Assembly (NCBI GenBank): GCA_964342815.1
Contig: CAYFHS010000008.1
Coordinates: 1 to 64,000 of the forward strand
From: an uncultured archaeon
GTDB lineage: Archaea > Thermoplasmatota > Penumbrarchaeia > JASLWR01
Reading direction: 5' to 3'
Length of the DNA: 64,000 nt
Shown one piece after another: positions 46,940-57,411 of the stretch (position 1 is the stretch's first letter; each line of letters opens with the position of its first letter). The position numbers and the translations under genes were made by a program. The notes beneath the pieces were generated by a model, which ran no database searches, was not told the origin of the DNA, and saw nothing but the letters and a program-made list of their open reading frames with translations.

Positions 46940-48814
46940 TCAATCCACGATTTCCATTTCCAACCTGTTTCCCACTCGATCATAGGCTGCAATGGAGTTC
47001 TCGGTAAAGGGATAACCGATGATCAGATTGGTCACGAACATGGTAAACGAACGTATATCGGCCCTGGATGGGATCGCTGCACCGCTGGGATGAGAGTGAA
47101 CAAAACCATCAACGGTTATCCTGCTTCCTGCCCCGTCATATTTCGAGAACATCACCGAGCTTCGGTTCACTTGCGAACTGTACAACAGCTCAAGCTCCTC
47201 CAGGACTTCCTTTCCCACTAGAGCCGCCCCGAATTCATTAGGATATGAGTCCTTAGCATATGCAATTATCTTTTTTACCAGTTTTCGCCGTATCCTGACA
47301 CTTCGTCCCGCTTCGAACATAGTTCCAAGTTCATTGTCCTCTTTCAGCCATGATTGCGCCATGACCTCTTCCTTTAAGATCCTGAACAAGCCCGGATACT
47401 GTTTTATCGGTAGGGTCAAAACTATGGTTTTCAGTATCTTTTTGGCTTTGCGCCGCTTCTCCCTGCGAAACGAAACGGAAAGAATGCCCATGAGAGCTTC
47501 GATATACCCCTGGGTGTCCCCCTTTTTCTTGAAGACTCGCCCTGCTTTTTTAAAGAACTTTTCGCTTTCTTTTAAATCTACTCTTGAAAACAAAGCCCAA
47601 GCAAGAGAGGTTCTGGCCGAAGCGAGAGGTAGCTCCATGCCGGTAGTATTGAATATCCTCTGAGCAAAGGAGGCACATTTGAAGGCCAGATCCGCATTAT
47701 CGAGAGATCGGGTCGAATCGGAGAGCGCTACCAGCGACAAGCCCGTTTCCCGTAAATTGGTACAGTGGATCATCTCACTTGCACCAAGCGTGACGAAAGT
47801 GACGGCATCCTTGGGGGAAAATGAGAGAGCATATTCACCTGCAATTAGAGAGCTTCTGGCAGAATAATACCGTTCGGGGATTATTGATCCTTTATCCAAA
47901 GTCTTCAGTTCTTTCAGGATTTCCTGTTCATAGAACCGGACTGCTCGCTCATCCTCCCCCGCAGCTGAAAGCATTATCATCTTCAGAAATCTGCTCCTTG
48001 TAAACCCGTAATTATCTGTCCTTAAGCAGTTTCCAAATAAATGATCTGTGGTATCCAGCAGAGTTGCCAAGGTCTTTTCCCGGTATTGATCGTCCTCGAT
48101 AAAATAAAGCGAAACCGAGTTCTGCAGCATGAAAATGAAAGCCAACCTGCGGGAGAGGTAAGCCTCGGATTCATCGTGGAAAGAAAGTTCCAGCTCTGTA
48201 TTACCGCTCCCCAGTGAAAGATATTTTCCCTGCCGTTTTTTCATTGAACGTCTTTTGTTCGAGACCAGAGAACGGTAAGCCTGAATCAGGAGACCATCCA
48301 CGTCCATGGTGTTCTTCCGGCTCCTCTCTGAGAACCAAGTCAAGGTAAGGTATTCCCTGAATGTAGAGATAACGAAGAATGACAATACTAGAGAGTTGCT
48401 TTCGTCTATCTTTTTCAGTAATCTTCGACATATCCCTGGAATGTCACAGTCCACGGCAAGAGCCAAGTCCAGCAAAACTGCAACTAGCGGGTGATAATTA
48501 TCATCCTCGAGATCGATTTTTTTGATATTGTTTTCAAGGTAGCTGCCGATATCGCTTGAATATTGAATGAATTTTTTTTGGCTGGTATCATCCAGTATCG
48601 AATTGATAATAGAATACGATCCATTTTTCTCAATAACCGGATTATCACAAAAAAAATCGGGACAGCTAGGCGGCTCCGAGAGAGAGAGATCTTCGCTACG
48701 AGCTTTCGCCACAAGGGATGAATAGGGCTTGTTGCCTTTCAGGGCTTCTCTCAGCTTATGATAGGTGGTCAAGAATTTTTCAAGTTTTTTCCGTCGGCGG
48801 GGATTAACCGGCAT
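46940..48814 (-). CDS. Long helical (TPR-like) region fused to C-terminal JAMM/MPN+ metallo-isopeptidase
   Basis: C-terminal ~118 aa with NEF..HSHPSGAAIPSRAD (E..HxH-x7-S-x2-D); N-terminal ~500 aa predicted alpha-helical. Confidence 0.8.
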   Translation of the reverse strand: MPVNPRRRKKLEKFLTTYHKLREALKGNKPYSSLVAKARSEDLSLSEPPSCPDFFCDNPVIEKNGSYSIINSILDDTSQKKFIQYSSDIGSYLENNIKKIDLEDDNYHPLVAVLLDLALAVDCDIPGICRRLLKKIDESNSLVLSFFVISTFREYLTLTWFSERSRKNTMDVDGLLIQAYRSLVSNKRRSMKKRQGKYLSLGSGNTELELSFHDESEAYLSRRLAFIFMLQNSVSLYFIEDDQYREKTLATLLDTTDHLFGNCLRTDNYGFTRSRFLKMIMLSAAGEDERAVRFYEQEILKELKTLDKGSIIPERYYSARSSLIAGEYALSFSPKDAVTFVTLGASEMIHCTNLRETGLSLVALSDSTRSLDNADLAFKCASFAQRIFNTTGMELPLASARTSLAWALFSRVDLKESEKFFKKAGRVFKKKGDTQGYIEALMGILSVSFRREKRRKAKKILKTIVLTLPIKQYPGLFRILKEEVMAQSWLKEDNELGTMFEAGRSVRIRRKLVKKIIAYAKDSYPNEFGAALVGKEVLEELELLYSSQVNRSSVMFSKYDGAGSRITVDGFVHSHPSGAAIPSRADIRSFTMFVTNLIIGYPFTENSIAAYDRVGNRLEMEIVD

Positions 48815-48910
48815 GATATCGTCTATATTCCACGGCAGTTAAAAATATGTTGGCCTTCTTTCCTTTTACTCGCACTAATCACGATATAAATCCATCCCCT
48901 TGAAATAAAG

Positions 48911-48918
48911 TTTATATA
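48911..48918 (+). promoter_or_regulatory. Putative TATA box with purine-rich BRE
   Basis: gaaataaag-TTTATATA about 44 nt upstream of ATG 48962. Confidence 0.55.
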
Positions 48919-48961
48919 TGAATATTACTGTTATACTTTTACGATTCTGGGGGTAACAACA

Positions 48962-49264
48962 ATGCTAGAGGAAATTACACAGATAATGAACCTTCAAGTT
49001 TATACGAACAAGGGTGCGTTCCTAGGGGTTGTGGACAACATTCAATTGGATATGGAAAGAAGTGCCGTAGATTCTCTCTTTATCGAGACACCCAATCCAA
49101 CACTAGTGGAGGGCTCCAAATCGGTACTGGTCCCATTCCGTTGGGTGCAGAGTGTGGGTGATATAGTGATTCTCCGTTTCTTCCCGGGCCGGATAGAACT
49201 AACTCCCCAGGAACGACAGATGATGATGTTCGAGAGCAGACAGATACAGGAATATGAGGGATAA
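48962..49264 (+). CDS. PRC-barrel domain protein
   Basis: VYTNKGAFLGVVDNIQLD..LVPFRWVQSVGDIVIL. Confidence 0.88.
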   Translation: MLEEITQIMNLQVYTNKGAFLGVVDNIQLDMERSAVDSLFIETPNPTLVEGSKSVLVPFRWVQSVGDIVILRFFPGRIELTPQERQMMMFESRQIQEYEG

Positions 49265-49296
49265 TTTCGCTATCTTTTCACTGACCTGTCTATGGT

Positions 49297-49842
49297 TTAA
49301 TCCTCGTACATTTCGCCAATCCAGTTTACAGAACAAGGACTCGAATATTCCGAGTTATCAGGAAAACCTTTTAGAAAATTATTAATGATGGAGACCATCT
49401 CCTCTTTGCCGAGGTCTGTGGTATCGATCTCTATTGAAGGGAGGTTTCTGTCCATCACCTCCATAGCGATGACGTCCACTAATTCGCTTTCGACATTTTC
49501 CTTGATTTTCTCCGGAGAATAATCCCTTCGGGCCAACCGTTTTTCCAGCTCACGGGGATCACATCTCAACAGTACGATCCCATCTACCTCAAGGTTGTGA
49601 GAAAGGTGTGATTCAATTATGGTCCAATCATTCATATCAGTTTCCAGCGGATTCCGACCTAAATGATCCCGTACAACACCTACATCTATCTCGAGCGAAC
49701 CTGCCAATTCATCGTAATCCTTATACAGTTTATTTTCGATAATTACATTGTTAAGCCGGACTACATTGTATCCGTACTGAGCAAGATCGTTGCATAACGA
49801 CGTTTTTCCAGTACCGGGAGTACCGGTTACAGCTATGATCAT
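49297..49842 (-). CDS. adkA: Archaeal adenylate kinase (AdkA/Fap7/CINAP type)
   Basis: IAVTGTPGTGKTS, ESHLSH, LRCDP..LARRDYSPEKIKENVESE, EIDTT. Confidence 0.9.
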   Translation of the reverse strand: MIIAVTGTPGTGKTSLCNDLAQYGYNVVRLNNVIIENKLYKDYDELAGSLEIDVGVVRDHLGRNPLETDMNDWTIIESHLSHNLEVDGIVLLRCDPRELEKRLARRDYSPEKIKENVESELVDVIAMEVMDRNLPSIEIDTTDLGKEEMVSIINNFLKGFPDNSEYSSPCSVNWIGEMYED

Positions 49843-50098
49843 TTATACCACGTTATTGACAGCAATCATTGGATCCGTTTTCTAGGCAGGGAAAAATCGT
49901 ATTCATCGAATTCGGTTATGACCAGTTCAAAGGAGTTCAGGTTTAAAGACAGATGATAAGCACATGATTCCTCTATTTTCGCCATACTGCAATCGGGGCC
50001 AATAGATGACTAGATCCCTCGCTTACCCGTTCAGAGGTTTTTACGTTTTACCATTAATTTTTCTGTGAAGGAAGGACTGTCTTTACTTATTTCTCGAA

Positions 50099-51334
50099 TC
50101 AGGGATTGTCCGGAGGAGGAATGGAAAATATCTCTTCTAGTCCGGCTTGCCCCTGTGGTGAATTCCGAGCCGCTCCCGCCAGCTCGCCCTCGATCTGCTC
50201 TTTTTGCTCGTACCAATCCGGTGAGGGGGGTCTGGGCCGAGCTGGTTCTGAACCCAAACTCTGTAGTTTCTCCCTTTGTATAACGCCTTGCAGTGCCTGA
50301 GCCTGCTGCTGGAGAAGCTGTTTTTGGGTCTGGATCTCCTGGTATCTTCCCAGCAAGAGCTGTTTCTGTTCCGAGGGGCCTTCCATCTTCAATTGGTTCG
50401 AAACAACCGCCTCCTGCTGCCTCAGTACCTGCAGTTGTTGAATGATGTAGGCCAATTTTTCTTGGGCCCCTGTTTGCATTGGTTGGGATTGAAGTTGGGG
50501 TGGGCTTTGAGCTTTTGTCTGAACCGGATAATGGGATTGAGTTTGGGGGTGGTATCGGGGATTGGAGTGCGGGGGATATTGTTGAGCTTGAGGACCTGCC
50601 CACTGTTGAGCTTGTGGGGGTGTTGGTCTTACAATGGGCGGAGGCATATTGGTACCTTTACCCTGTTTTGAAAGTTTCTTCTGTCTCGTCCGTTTCTCCT
50701 TAATAAGGGCTTTTCGAAGTTTCTTGGTTTTTTTTAAATCTATTTGAATGTATATGAAGGGTACTATGCACCCGATCAAACCGATACCGATGAAGATGGG
50801 TAAGTACGGCATAAATGGGTAGCTGTTTACTTCGTAATGAACATTCACCCTACTATAAAGGTTAGAGGCGCCTTCCGGGAGAACCATGACGAAAACATAA
50901 GCGGTGCCGGGTTCCAGGGAGGCTTCGAAATCCATTTTGCCCGTTCTTGGAAGGCTTTTAATTGATTTTTGTTTAAGCATTTCGATATCTTTCTCATTAT
51001 TAAATGCGTCATCTTTCTTCATGAAATAGATGTTTAGGAAAACCTTTTCATTTACATCTGTTCCGGAGGACAACTTCACGGAGATTTTTACTGGAATATT
51101 GAAGGGGAGTGGATTCTTAATCGTTATTTCCTGTAATATATCGACATCCCGTGAGGGATAAATAGAATCATCCTCCAGAGGTGCTTCCTGTGGATAAAAG
51201 GAAATGATCACCATAACCAGCATGAAAACTATGAATATCGCCCCGATGATGTACGAATTTCGGTAGGATTTCTCCGCTGCACCTAGTTCTTTGGCGATAT
51301 CCTTCTTATCATCTTTTGGGTTCTTAGATTTCAT
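50099..51334 (-). CDS. Hypothetical two-TM membrane protein with Pro/Gln-rich cytoplasmic tail
   Basis: TM helices near residues 27-46 and 177-197; PQAQQ/PPQLQ-rich and poly-Q coiled segments. Confidence 0.75.
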   Translation of the reverse strand: MKSKNPKDDKKDIAKELGAAEKSYRNSYIIGAIFIVFMLVMVIISFYPQEAPLEDDSIYPSRDVDILQEITIKNPLPFNIPVKISVKLSSGTDVNEKVFLNIYFMKKDDAFNNEKDIEMLKQKSIKSLPRTGKMDFEASLEPGTAYVFVMVLPEGASNLYSRVNVHYEVNSYPFMPYLPIFIGIGLIGCIVPFIYIQIDLKKTKKLRKALIKEKRTRQKKLSKQGKGTNMPPPIVRPTPPQAQQWAGPQAQQYPPHSNPRYHPQTQSHYPVQTKAQSPPQLQSQPMQTGAQEKLAYIIQQLQVLRQQEAVVSNQLKMEGPSEQKQLLLGRYQEIQTQKQLLQQQAQALQGVIQREKLQSLGSEPARPRPPSPDWYEQKEQIEGELAGAARNSPQGQAGLEEIFSIPPPDNP

Positions 51335-51453
51335 TTTCTTCCCTTATAAGATTGTCGATTGCGGATTATTATCATTTCGCTGTTATTATAAATTATTTTC
51401 GATAAAGTATTGAAAATGTCGGATTATTGATAGATAAAATCTGTGTACATGGC

Positions 51454-52659
51454 TTATTCGTTCAATAATGTTCGGTAAACCCGAACGACCTTTTCAACTG
51501 CCTTTTTCCATGTGTATCGATCCAGGGCCATTTGTCTCAGTTTCATACCTATAAGGCGGCTTTTATCAATATGACCGGCTAGTTCGAGTATTCTTTCGGT
51601 CAAGGATGTGGTGCTGCCCATCTCTGCATATATCCCGGCTTTTCCCAGAATTTCTCTGTTTGTGGGGTGATCAAATGCAACTACCGGAAGGCCGCAGCCC
51701 ATATAATTGAATAATTTGCCGTTAGCCTCACCCCACTTCAGCAGTTTGGGCGCAACTGCCATATCTCCAACTGCTAGGAAACTGGGAGCAAGCTCATAAG
51801 GGACCTTTCCTGCAATACAGACATTGCCTTGGATACCCATTTCAACAATCTTGTCACGTAACATTTCCTCACCGGGATAACCCATTAGAAGGAAATGGAT
51901 ATTTTTATTTTTTCTCAGTACACCAGGTATCGATTCAAGAAGGTAGAATATCCCTTTATATCGGTCCATTCCCCCCAGATATACCACCACAAATCTTTCG
52001 TCGGGTATCCCCAGCTCTCTACGGAGACCGGAAAATATCTTTTCACGGTTTGGATATTCGTCTCGCGGTTTGAACTTATTTGGATCAACTCCATCCGAAA
52101 TCGTCAGAATCTTGTTAGGGGATACTCCGAAATCGTTAATCATTGAATTTCGGAGATGACTCGATGATGCTATGATGAAGGGTGCGTCGTTATCGATATC
52201 AAGTTCCATTTTCCACCAAAAATTTCTGGCAGTTCCCTTTTCCTTCAAGAAGCCGTGAGCGGTCATCTCCCCCGTCAGGGAGCCCTGGGCATCGAAAACA
52301 TATTTTAAATTATTACATAACTTTGTTTTTTTCAGCATTCCCGCAATGAAGGCCCCCTCATGGAGGTGTGCGTGGATAATGTCAATCCGGTGGGATCGTA
52401 AATATTCAATGCATTTCAAAAAAAGGAGAGTGTCCATGTATAGAAAATGAAGGGATGGGCCCGCAACCAATTTGTTGTACCACGGAGTACGGAATATCCT
52501 CTCTACATGGGTATTTCCCATATCCCCCCCGCTGTGATAGGTTATTATGGTTGGTTGATGACCCATTTCTCCGAGAATCCTTGCCTGTTCATAGATCCTT
52601 ATATGGCATCCCCGGTCTGAAAAATACATTGTCGGGGCTATGATCAGTATCCTCAACAT
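51454..52659 (-). CDS. Glycosyltransferase family 4
   Basis: IIHAHLHEG, DGVDPNKF, YLGGMDRYKG, KLFNYMGCGLPVVAFD. Confidence 0.9.
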   Translation of the reverse strand: MLRILIIAPTMYFSDRGCHIRIYEQARILGEMGHQPTIITYHSGGDMGNTHVERIFRTPWYNKLVAGPSLHFLYMDTLLFLKCIEYLRSHRIDIIHAHLHEGAFIAGMLKKTKLCNNLKYVFDAQGSLTGEMTAHGFLKEKGTARNFWWKMELDIDNDAPFIIASSSHLRNSMINDFGVSPNKILTISDGVDPNKFKPRDEYPNREKIFSGLRRELGIPDERFVVVYLGGMDRYKGIFYLLESIPGVLRKNKNIHFLLMGYPGEEMLRDKIVEMGIQGNVCIAGKVPYELAPSFLAVGDMAVAPKLLKWGEANGKLFNYMGCGLPVVAFDHPTNREILGKAGIYAEMGSTTSLTERILELAGHIDKSRLIGMKLRQMALDRYTWKKAVEKVVRVYRTLLNE

Positions 52660-52674
52660 CAGGGCTACCTCGTT

Positions 52675-54258
52675 TCAATCCATCGCTTCTATAGCTTCCC
52701 GCAGCCTTTGGAGAACATCATTTCTCTTGAGAGAGCTCAGGAAAAAACCCAATCGGGGTCCCCTGTTCTGGTCCAGAAGCAAACGATACAGAATGGAAAA
52801 AACCTTTTTTGGGGACGTGTTCATTCTCTCTTTCACATCATAACACGCCTGATGTATATGGCTGCCGTTCCATGGAACTGAAGATAGCTTTTTTTCCAGC
52901 TTCTTAAGTATTTTCAATTCAAGCTCACCGAATCCGTCTACCATAGAAGATTTGAAATGGTCTTGCAGAGAAAACTTCACCGAGTCCGGAGCAAATTTAT
53001 CCAACCAGAAACGGGCGCAGTTGAGCCTTTTTTCGATCCTCAATATGTCGTCATCAGACAGTTCTTCGATATTTTCAGTCCTTTTCAACCTTGAGAGCAC
53101 TTCATTGAGGTTAGGGTCGATCTGAACCAGCGATACCAGATGGCGGTATGAAATTCGATGAGCGGGTGCCGTGCTATCCTGTGATTGAGGGGACACTTGA
53201 GAAAGTTCAAATATACGTTTTTTCTCTCCGGCTGATTTTTCACCTTCCCGAATATCGAAAAAAATCTCTTCATATCGATCATACTCGTCCACAAGGTTCA
53301 GTATACCAAAACCGGGATCGAAATCGATATGTTTCCGCGGGTCTACCCTCATTACCATGAACCGAAGCACCTCGGCTGGCGTCATCTTGAGCATATCCGC
53401 ACCTGTGACCACAACTCCAGTGGAGGAGGACATGGCGCCCTTTCCCTTCAACTGTATCCATTCGTAGACCACGGGGTGCGGCGTCCTTCCACCAAGTATC
53501 TTATCCATGATCTCCTTTGCGGATTCATATGAGCCCCCTGCAGCAGCATGATCCTTGCCGAATGGCTCGCAGCTCACGCCGAGGAAACTCCAACGGGCGG
53601 GCCATTCAAGACGCCAAGGCAGTTTTCCATCGTCGGTTCTTATATCCGCTTTTCCTTTGTTACCACACGAGCATGAGTAATTAACAAAGGGATCAATGAA
53701 ATTGTCAACGACCGTATTGGCAAAGGTATTGCATGCAGAACACTTCGGTTGGTAAGGAAACCAATTTCGCTTCAACTGCCTTCCTGTGACCCTTTCCAAT
53801 ATCCCCCGTGCGATTTCTTTTCTGTCGATCAGTTTCTTGATACTGTCATAATAGAGACCGTCCTTGTACATTTGGTGAACGTATTTCACCTCAGGTTCGA
53901 TTCCCAGCTCCAGCACGGATTGAAGAAATGGTTCCAGAAAATGGTCAGCGTAACTAACGTGCTCACCACAGGGACATGGTATCTCTGAAATGGGCTGTCC
54001 GATGTATTGTTCATATGAAGCATTCAAAAATGGATATACTTTTCGTAAGGGATCGAAACTGTCAGCCATATACAACAATAGGGGTTTTTCTCCATGCTCC
54101 AGAACCGCCTTGAATATGGCATCGCCCGTAATTATCTCACGCATGTTTCCTACATGGATATGGCCGGAGGGAGTGATCCCCGTAGCTATTATAAAAGGAC
54201 CACCTCTCTTGGAAAGATTCATGGCTTCAACATCTGCCCAGTGCATTTTTCCACCCAA
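52675..54258 (-). CDS. lysS: Lysine--tRNA ligase, class I
   Basis: HWAD, TGITPSGHIHVGN, GKLPWRLEWPARW, EPFGKDH, GAMSSSTG, GPRLGFF. Confidence 0.96.
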   Translation of the reverse strand: MGGKMHWADVEAMNLSKRGGPFIIATGITPSGHIHVGNMREIITGDAIFKAVLEHGEKPLLLYMADSFDPLRKVYPFLNASYEQYIGQPISEIPCPCGEHVSYADHFLEPFLQSVLELGIEPEVKYVHQMYKDGLYYDSIKKLIDRKEIARGILERVTGRQLKRNWFPYQPKCSACNTFANTVVDNFIDPFVNYSCSCGNKGKADIRTDDGKLPWRLEWPARWSFLGVSCEPFGKDHAAAGGSYESAKEIMDKILGGRTPHPVVYEWIQLKGKGAMSSSTGVVVTGADMLKMTPAEVLRFMVMRVDPRKHIDFDPGFGILNLVDEYDRYEEIFFDIREGEKSAGEKKRIFELSQVSPQSQDSTAPAHRISYRHLVSLVQIDPNLNEVLSRLKRTENIEELSDDDILRIEKRLNCARFWLDKFAPDSVKFSLQDHFKSSMVDGFGELELKILKKLEKKLSSVPWNGSHIHQACYDVKERMNTSPKKVFSILYRLLLDQNRGPRLGFFLSSLKRNDVLQRLREAIEAMD

Positions 54259-54302
54259 TTTTTTTTATTACGTATGATCATGGATCAGGTAATTATCGTG
54301 AA

Positions 54303-55052
54303 CTAGTATTCTGTTTTCAATCGTTCGGCAATAGTCCGGATCATTCTTCGGAGACTGTCATCTCGCTTGAAATTCTCCAAGGTCGATTTCAATTCACCGT
54401 GGGACCAGGATCGCATTTCCCTTACCTTTCTTGATATTTCAGGTAGTGCTCTCGTAACGTTATCGATCACAGGTATGTCACAGGTTCTCGCGGTTCTTGA
54501 AAGAGGGTTAAGATCAACAGCAATGATGCGCTTGCCCATTTCTTTGAGGGCAATAGTTCGGTCCCCGTCCTCCAGTAGCACAATGACAGTATCAGCGGAA
54601 AATATTCCTTCTTTCGAGCAGCCGCCTCTGTTATGGTCGATCCCCGGTATCAGCGAATTTCTATTTTTACCCAGAACTTCCGATGCTCCGAAATCTTCAA
54701 GATAAGACACCAATTTTGCAATCCTTTCGTTTGAAGAATGAAACAGATTCACCTCGATCTTTGCATTAGTTTCCATTGCGAGTTCGACAGTTTCTCCCGC
54801 TGCGAGAACAGTGGAGTTGCCGTTTACCGAAATTACGGGAGAATCCGCCAGTAGCAGAGCGGCCGCAGCGGCTTTAGCTTGTTCTTTTGCCTCCCTAATG
54901 GTTTTTTCCCCCAGTAGATAATCAAATGCTTCACCCCTGCCGTGGGCAGCAAGCCCGGCCGGTGCGACGAGGCCATCTTTCAAACCCTGTGCGATCCGCT
55001 CGCGGAGTTTCAAAGATCGATACCGGGGATGACTTTTCGGGATATCCATCAT
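54303..55052 (-). CDS. 4-phosphopantoate--beta-alanine ligase (archaeal phosphopantothenate synthetase)
   Basis: IPKSHPRYRSL, AHGRGEAFDYLLGE, SVNGN, EVNLF, LEDGDR, VDLNPLSRT; start ATG 55052. Confidence 0.93.
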   Translation of the reverse strand: MMDIPKSHPRYRSLKLRERIAQGLKDGLVAPAGLAAHGRGEAFDYLLGEKTIREAKEQAKAAAAALLLADSPVISVNGNSTVLAAGETVELAMETNAKIEVNLFHSSNERIAKLVSYLEDFGASEVLGKNRNSLIPGIDHNRGGCSKEGIFSADTVIVLLEDGDRTIALKEMGKRIIAVDLNPLSRTARTCDIPVIDNVTRALPEISRKVREMRSWSHGELKSTLENFKRDDSLRRMIRTIAERLKTEY

Positions 55053-55201
55053 TTCGGATGATTGGTAGATATTATTTATAAAATTAATGTGATGCATGTT
55101 CCGCTTCTACAATTGGGAAAAAGTTAATTGTTTTCAATTCGATCAATAAGCATAATCAAAAAAAATAATCTGGTCAAACAACAGGCATTATATGGACAGA
55201 T

Positions 55202-56611
55202 CTATCTCAGCCAAGGCTCCCCCCTAGTAAACAAACTGCTAATGGTTTGTTCCATCATCTCAGTTATCACTTCCGAATCGGTCCGTATTACATATCGATC
55301 CCTTGCCATCCTGTCAAGGTCCTTTCCTAGTGCGATACTCTGTTTATTTGCTTCTATTACGTCTTTGGCGGTCCTGAAAGTTCTTTTTTTTATAACCTTC
55401 CATCTTCCTTCCTCAATATAGGGCATTGACAGAGAATCTGGTGAATTTCTCCATTTCTTGAGGAAACCGCGGGAATTACTCAGATATACCCATGGACCAT
55501 CATGCACTTCCGCTTCGGGAAGCTCGAGTCGATCCATTTCGAAAACGAATGTGATGATCCCACCGTTATCTTTTGGTTCATCGTTATTGGGAGATTTCCC
55601 CTGGACATTCACCTCGCATCCGAGAATTACGAATCCCCGGTTACCAAGTAAAATGGTGAATGCCGTCCTTGCCTTGCTGATCTGGGGATATAATATATCG
55701 TCGACCACATCAGGTTTAGGTATTTCAAAAGAAAGAAGTGAAGTTCCCCTATCATTCAGCATATCTCTTAATTCATGGGTGCTTATTTCAGGTATGGAGT
55801 CAGGATAAAAAAAATTGATGCTCGGGGCATTAAGAAACTGCTCGCAAGCGGCGATTAATCGAAAGAAATTGTTTTTCGATAAAGCAGCTGCAACGTTTCT
55901 TTTGCTGTCTACCGGATCTATGAAAACGAGGTTGCAGTTTGGAAATAAGACCCAATTTTCCTCTTTGCCATTATCGAGGGAGAGCCAGGTCTTTTCTTTC
56001 CATCCCGACATCAGCTCAATCGTTTCCAGTAAAGTCCCGTATCGAACTATAAAAAGTTCGGTGAGATAACCACTGATACCTTCAACCTTGAGACTGGCCG
56101 AATACAATCCAATACCTTTGAGGAATTTTTTTAAGAGACGGACTTCACGCTGCATAGTCTCAGTCAGTTTATCGTTAACATACCTCGTGTGGAATGGAGT
56201 GCGGTCTACCGCTGATATTATACTTTCCCCTGAATCTACCTTGTAAGCCCATACAACGTCCACACCAACTCCCCCTAGCGAACCTGATAGATAAGGATGG
56301 GAGGCATATTTTACAGTGTGCTCGTCCAGAATTTCGCGGCCGACGCTGAAACAAATATCACTGGTTATTTTCTCGTCCACGTCGGGGGGAAATAATAAAA
56401 ATAGATCGATATCCGCACCCTTCAGATAAGTATTCTTGGCAGCGGATCCCACCACCTCGGGAATGATCTCGAAATCGAGGCCCATTCGCTGGATGATATC
56501 CATGGACCGTTGGATCAGGGAAGATTTCAATCCGTCCATTCTCAGCGTGTCATGCTTATCAGGGAGACATCTCCGGGCAGCTTCCTCAATAACCTCATGT
56601 ATCCTGCTCAT
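55202..56611 (-). CDS. cca: CCA-adding enzyme (archaeal class I)
   Basis: VGSAAKNTYL..DIDLF, YASHPY, SAVDRTPFH, GISGYLTEL, DPVDSKRNVAAA; ATG 56611 coupled to the thpR stop. Confidence 0.95.
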   Translation of the reverse strand: MSRIHEVIEEAARRCLPDKHDTLRMDGLKSSLIQRSMDIIQRMGLDFEIIPEVVGSAAKNTYLKGADIDLFLLFPPDVDEKITSDICFSVGREILDEHTVKYASHPYLSGSLGGVGVDVVWAYKVDSGESIISAVDRTPFHTRYVNDKLTETMQREVRLLKKFLKGIGLYSASLKVEGISGYLTELFIVRYGTLLETIELMSGWKEKTWLSLDNGKEENWVLFPNCNLVFIDPVDSKRNVAAALSKNNFFRLIAACEQFLNAPSINFFYPDSIPEISTHELRDMLNDRGTSLLSFEIPKPDVVDDILYPQISKARTAFTILLGNRGFVILGCEVNVQGKSPNNDEPKDNGGIITFVFEMDRLELPEAEVHDGPWVYLSNSRGFLKKWRNSPDSLSMPYIEEGRWKVIKKRTFRTAKDVIEANKQSIALGKDLDRMARDRYVIRTDSEVITEMMEQTISSLFTRGEPWLR

Positions 56612-56612
56612 A

Positions 56613-57188
56613 TTATTCCTCCCTTGATCTGTTTCCAAATTGTATGTTCCGGACTACTTCATATATCGGCCCTTTTGGTGTTAGAGTGCTTTTCATGAGA
56701 TTGATTCCGCTGACGGACATATTTAATACGCACACATCCCGGTTTACTTTTATCATTTTAATTATTTTATTCTTGTCTTTTGCAGACTTCACCCGTGCAA
56801 GTGTTAAATGCCCTTTAAATCCTTTCTCCTTTTTAAAACCCAAGGATTTCAAACTTTCATTGAGTTCCAAGGAGATATTTTCAAATGTTCCCGAGGATTC
56901 CACACCAAGCCAAACAACCTTTATGTAATTGGGTGACGGAAAAGCACCCATATCCCTGATCTGTATCTCAAAGGATTCAATATCACTGGTAACATCTTCG
57001 ATTATCCTTATGATATCGTCGTTTAGGGATATGTCTGTATCCCCAAGGAATTTGAGAGTTACGTGCAGTTTGTCAGGGTCCACCATTTTAAGAGAGGTCT
57101 TTCCGCGGGAAAGCTCGTTCCATATATCCATTAATTTTTCGTTTGGTTCGATATGGACCGAAATGAACGCTCGATACTTTATGACCAT
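56613..57188 (-). CDS. thpR: RNA 2',3'-cyclic phosphodiesterase (2H family)
   Basis: RAFISV, LHVTLKFLG, FKGHLTLARVK, STLTPKGPIY. Confidence 0.94.
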   Translation of the reverse strand: MVIKYRAFISVHIEPNEKLMDIWNELSRGKTSLKMVDPDKLHVTLKFLGDTDISLNDDIIRIIEDVTSDIESFEIQIRDMGAFPSPNYIKVVWLGVESSGTFENISLELNESLKSLGFKKEKGFKGHLTLARVKSAKDKNKIIKMIKVNRDVCVLNMSVSGINLMKSTLTPKGPIYEVVRNIQFGNRSREE

Positions 57189-57411
57189 CCCCTCCTCGGC
57201 TTAGGGTAGTTTGTGCGGGGGTTAAGTAGTATTATTCCTATAAAAACGCTTTCGGTGATAATGCCCGGAACAACAATCCGCTTGAAATAATAGTAGGTGA
57301 TACCAAACACCTGCAAAATATTAATATATCAAATGCCAGTATATGACCTTTTATATAAATAGGATAAAATGCAATCAACAATTGTTAACGTGGAATTGTA
57401 GAGGTGAATCT

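Noticed and set aside
49845-50098. Possible small ORF between the Gln-rich gene and adkA
   Set aside because: Short, with no SD and no recognisable motif.
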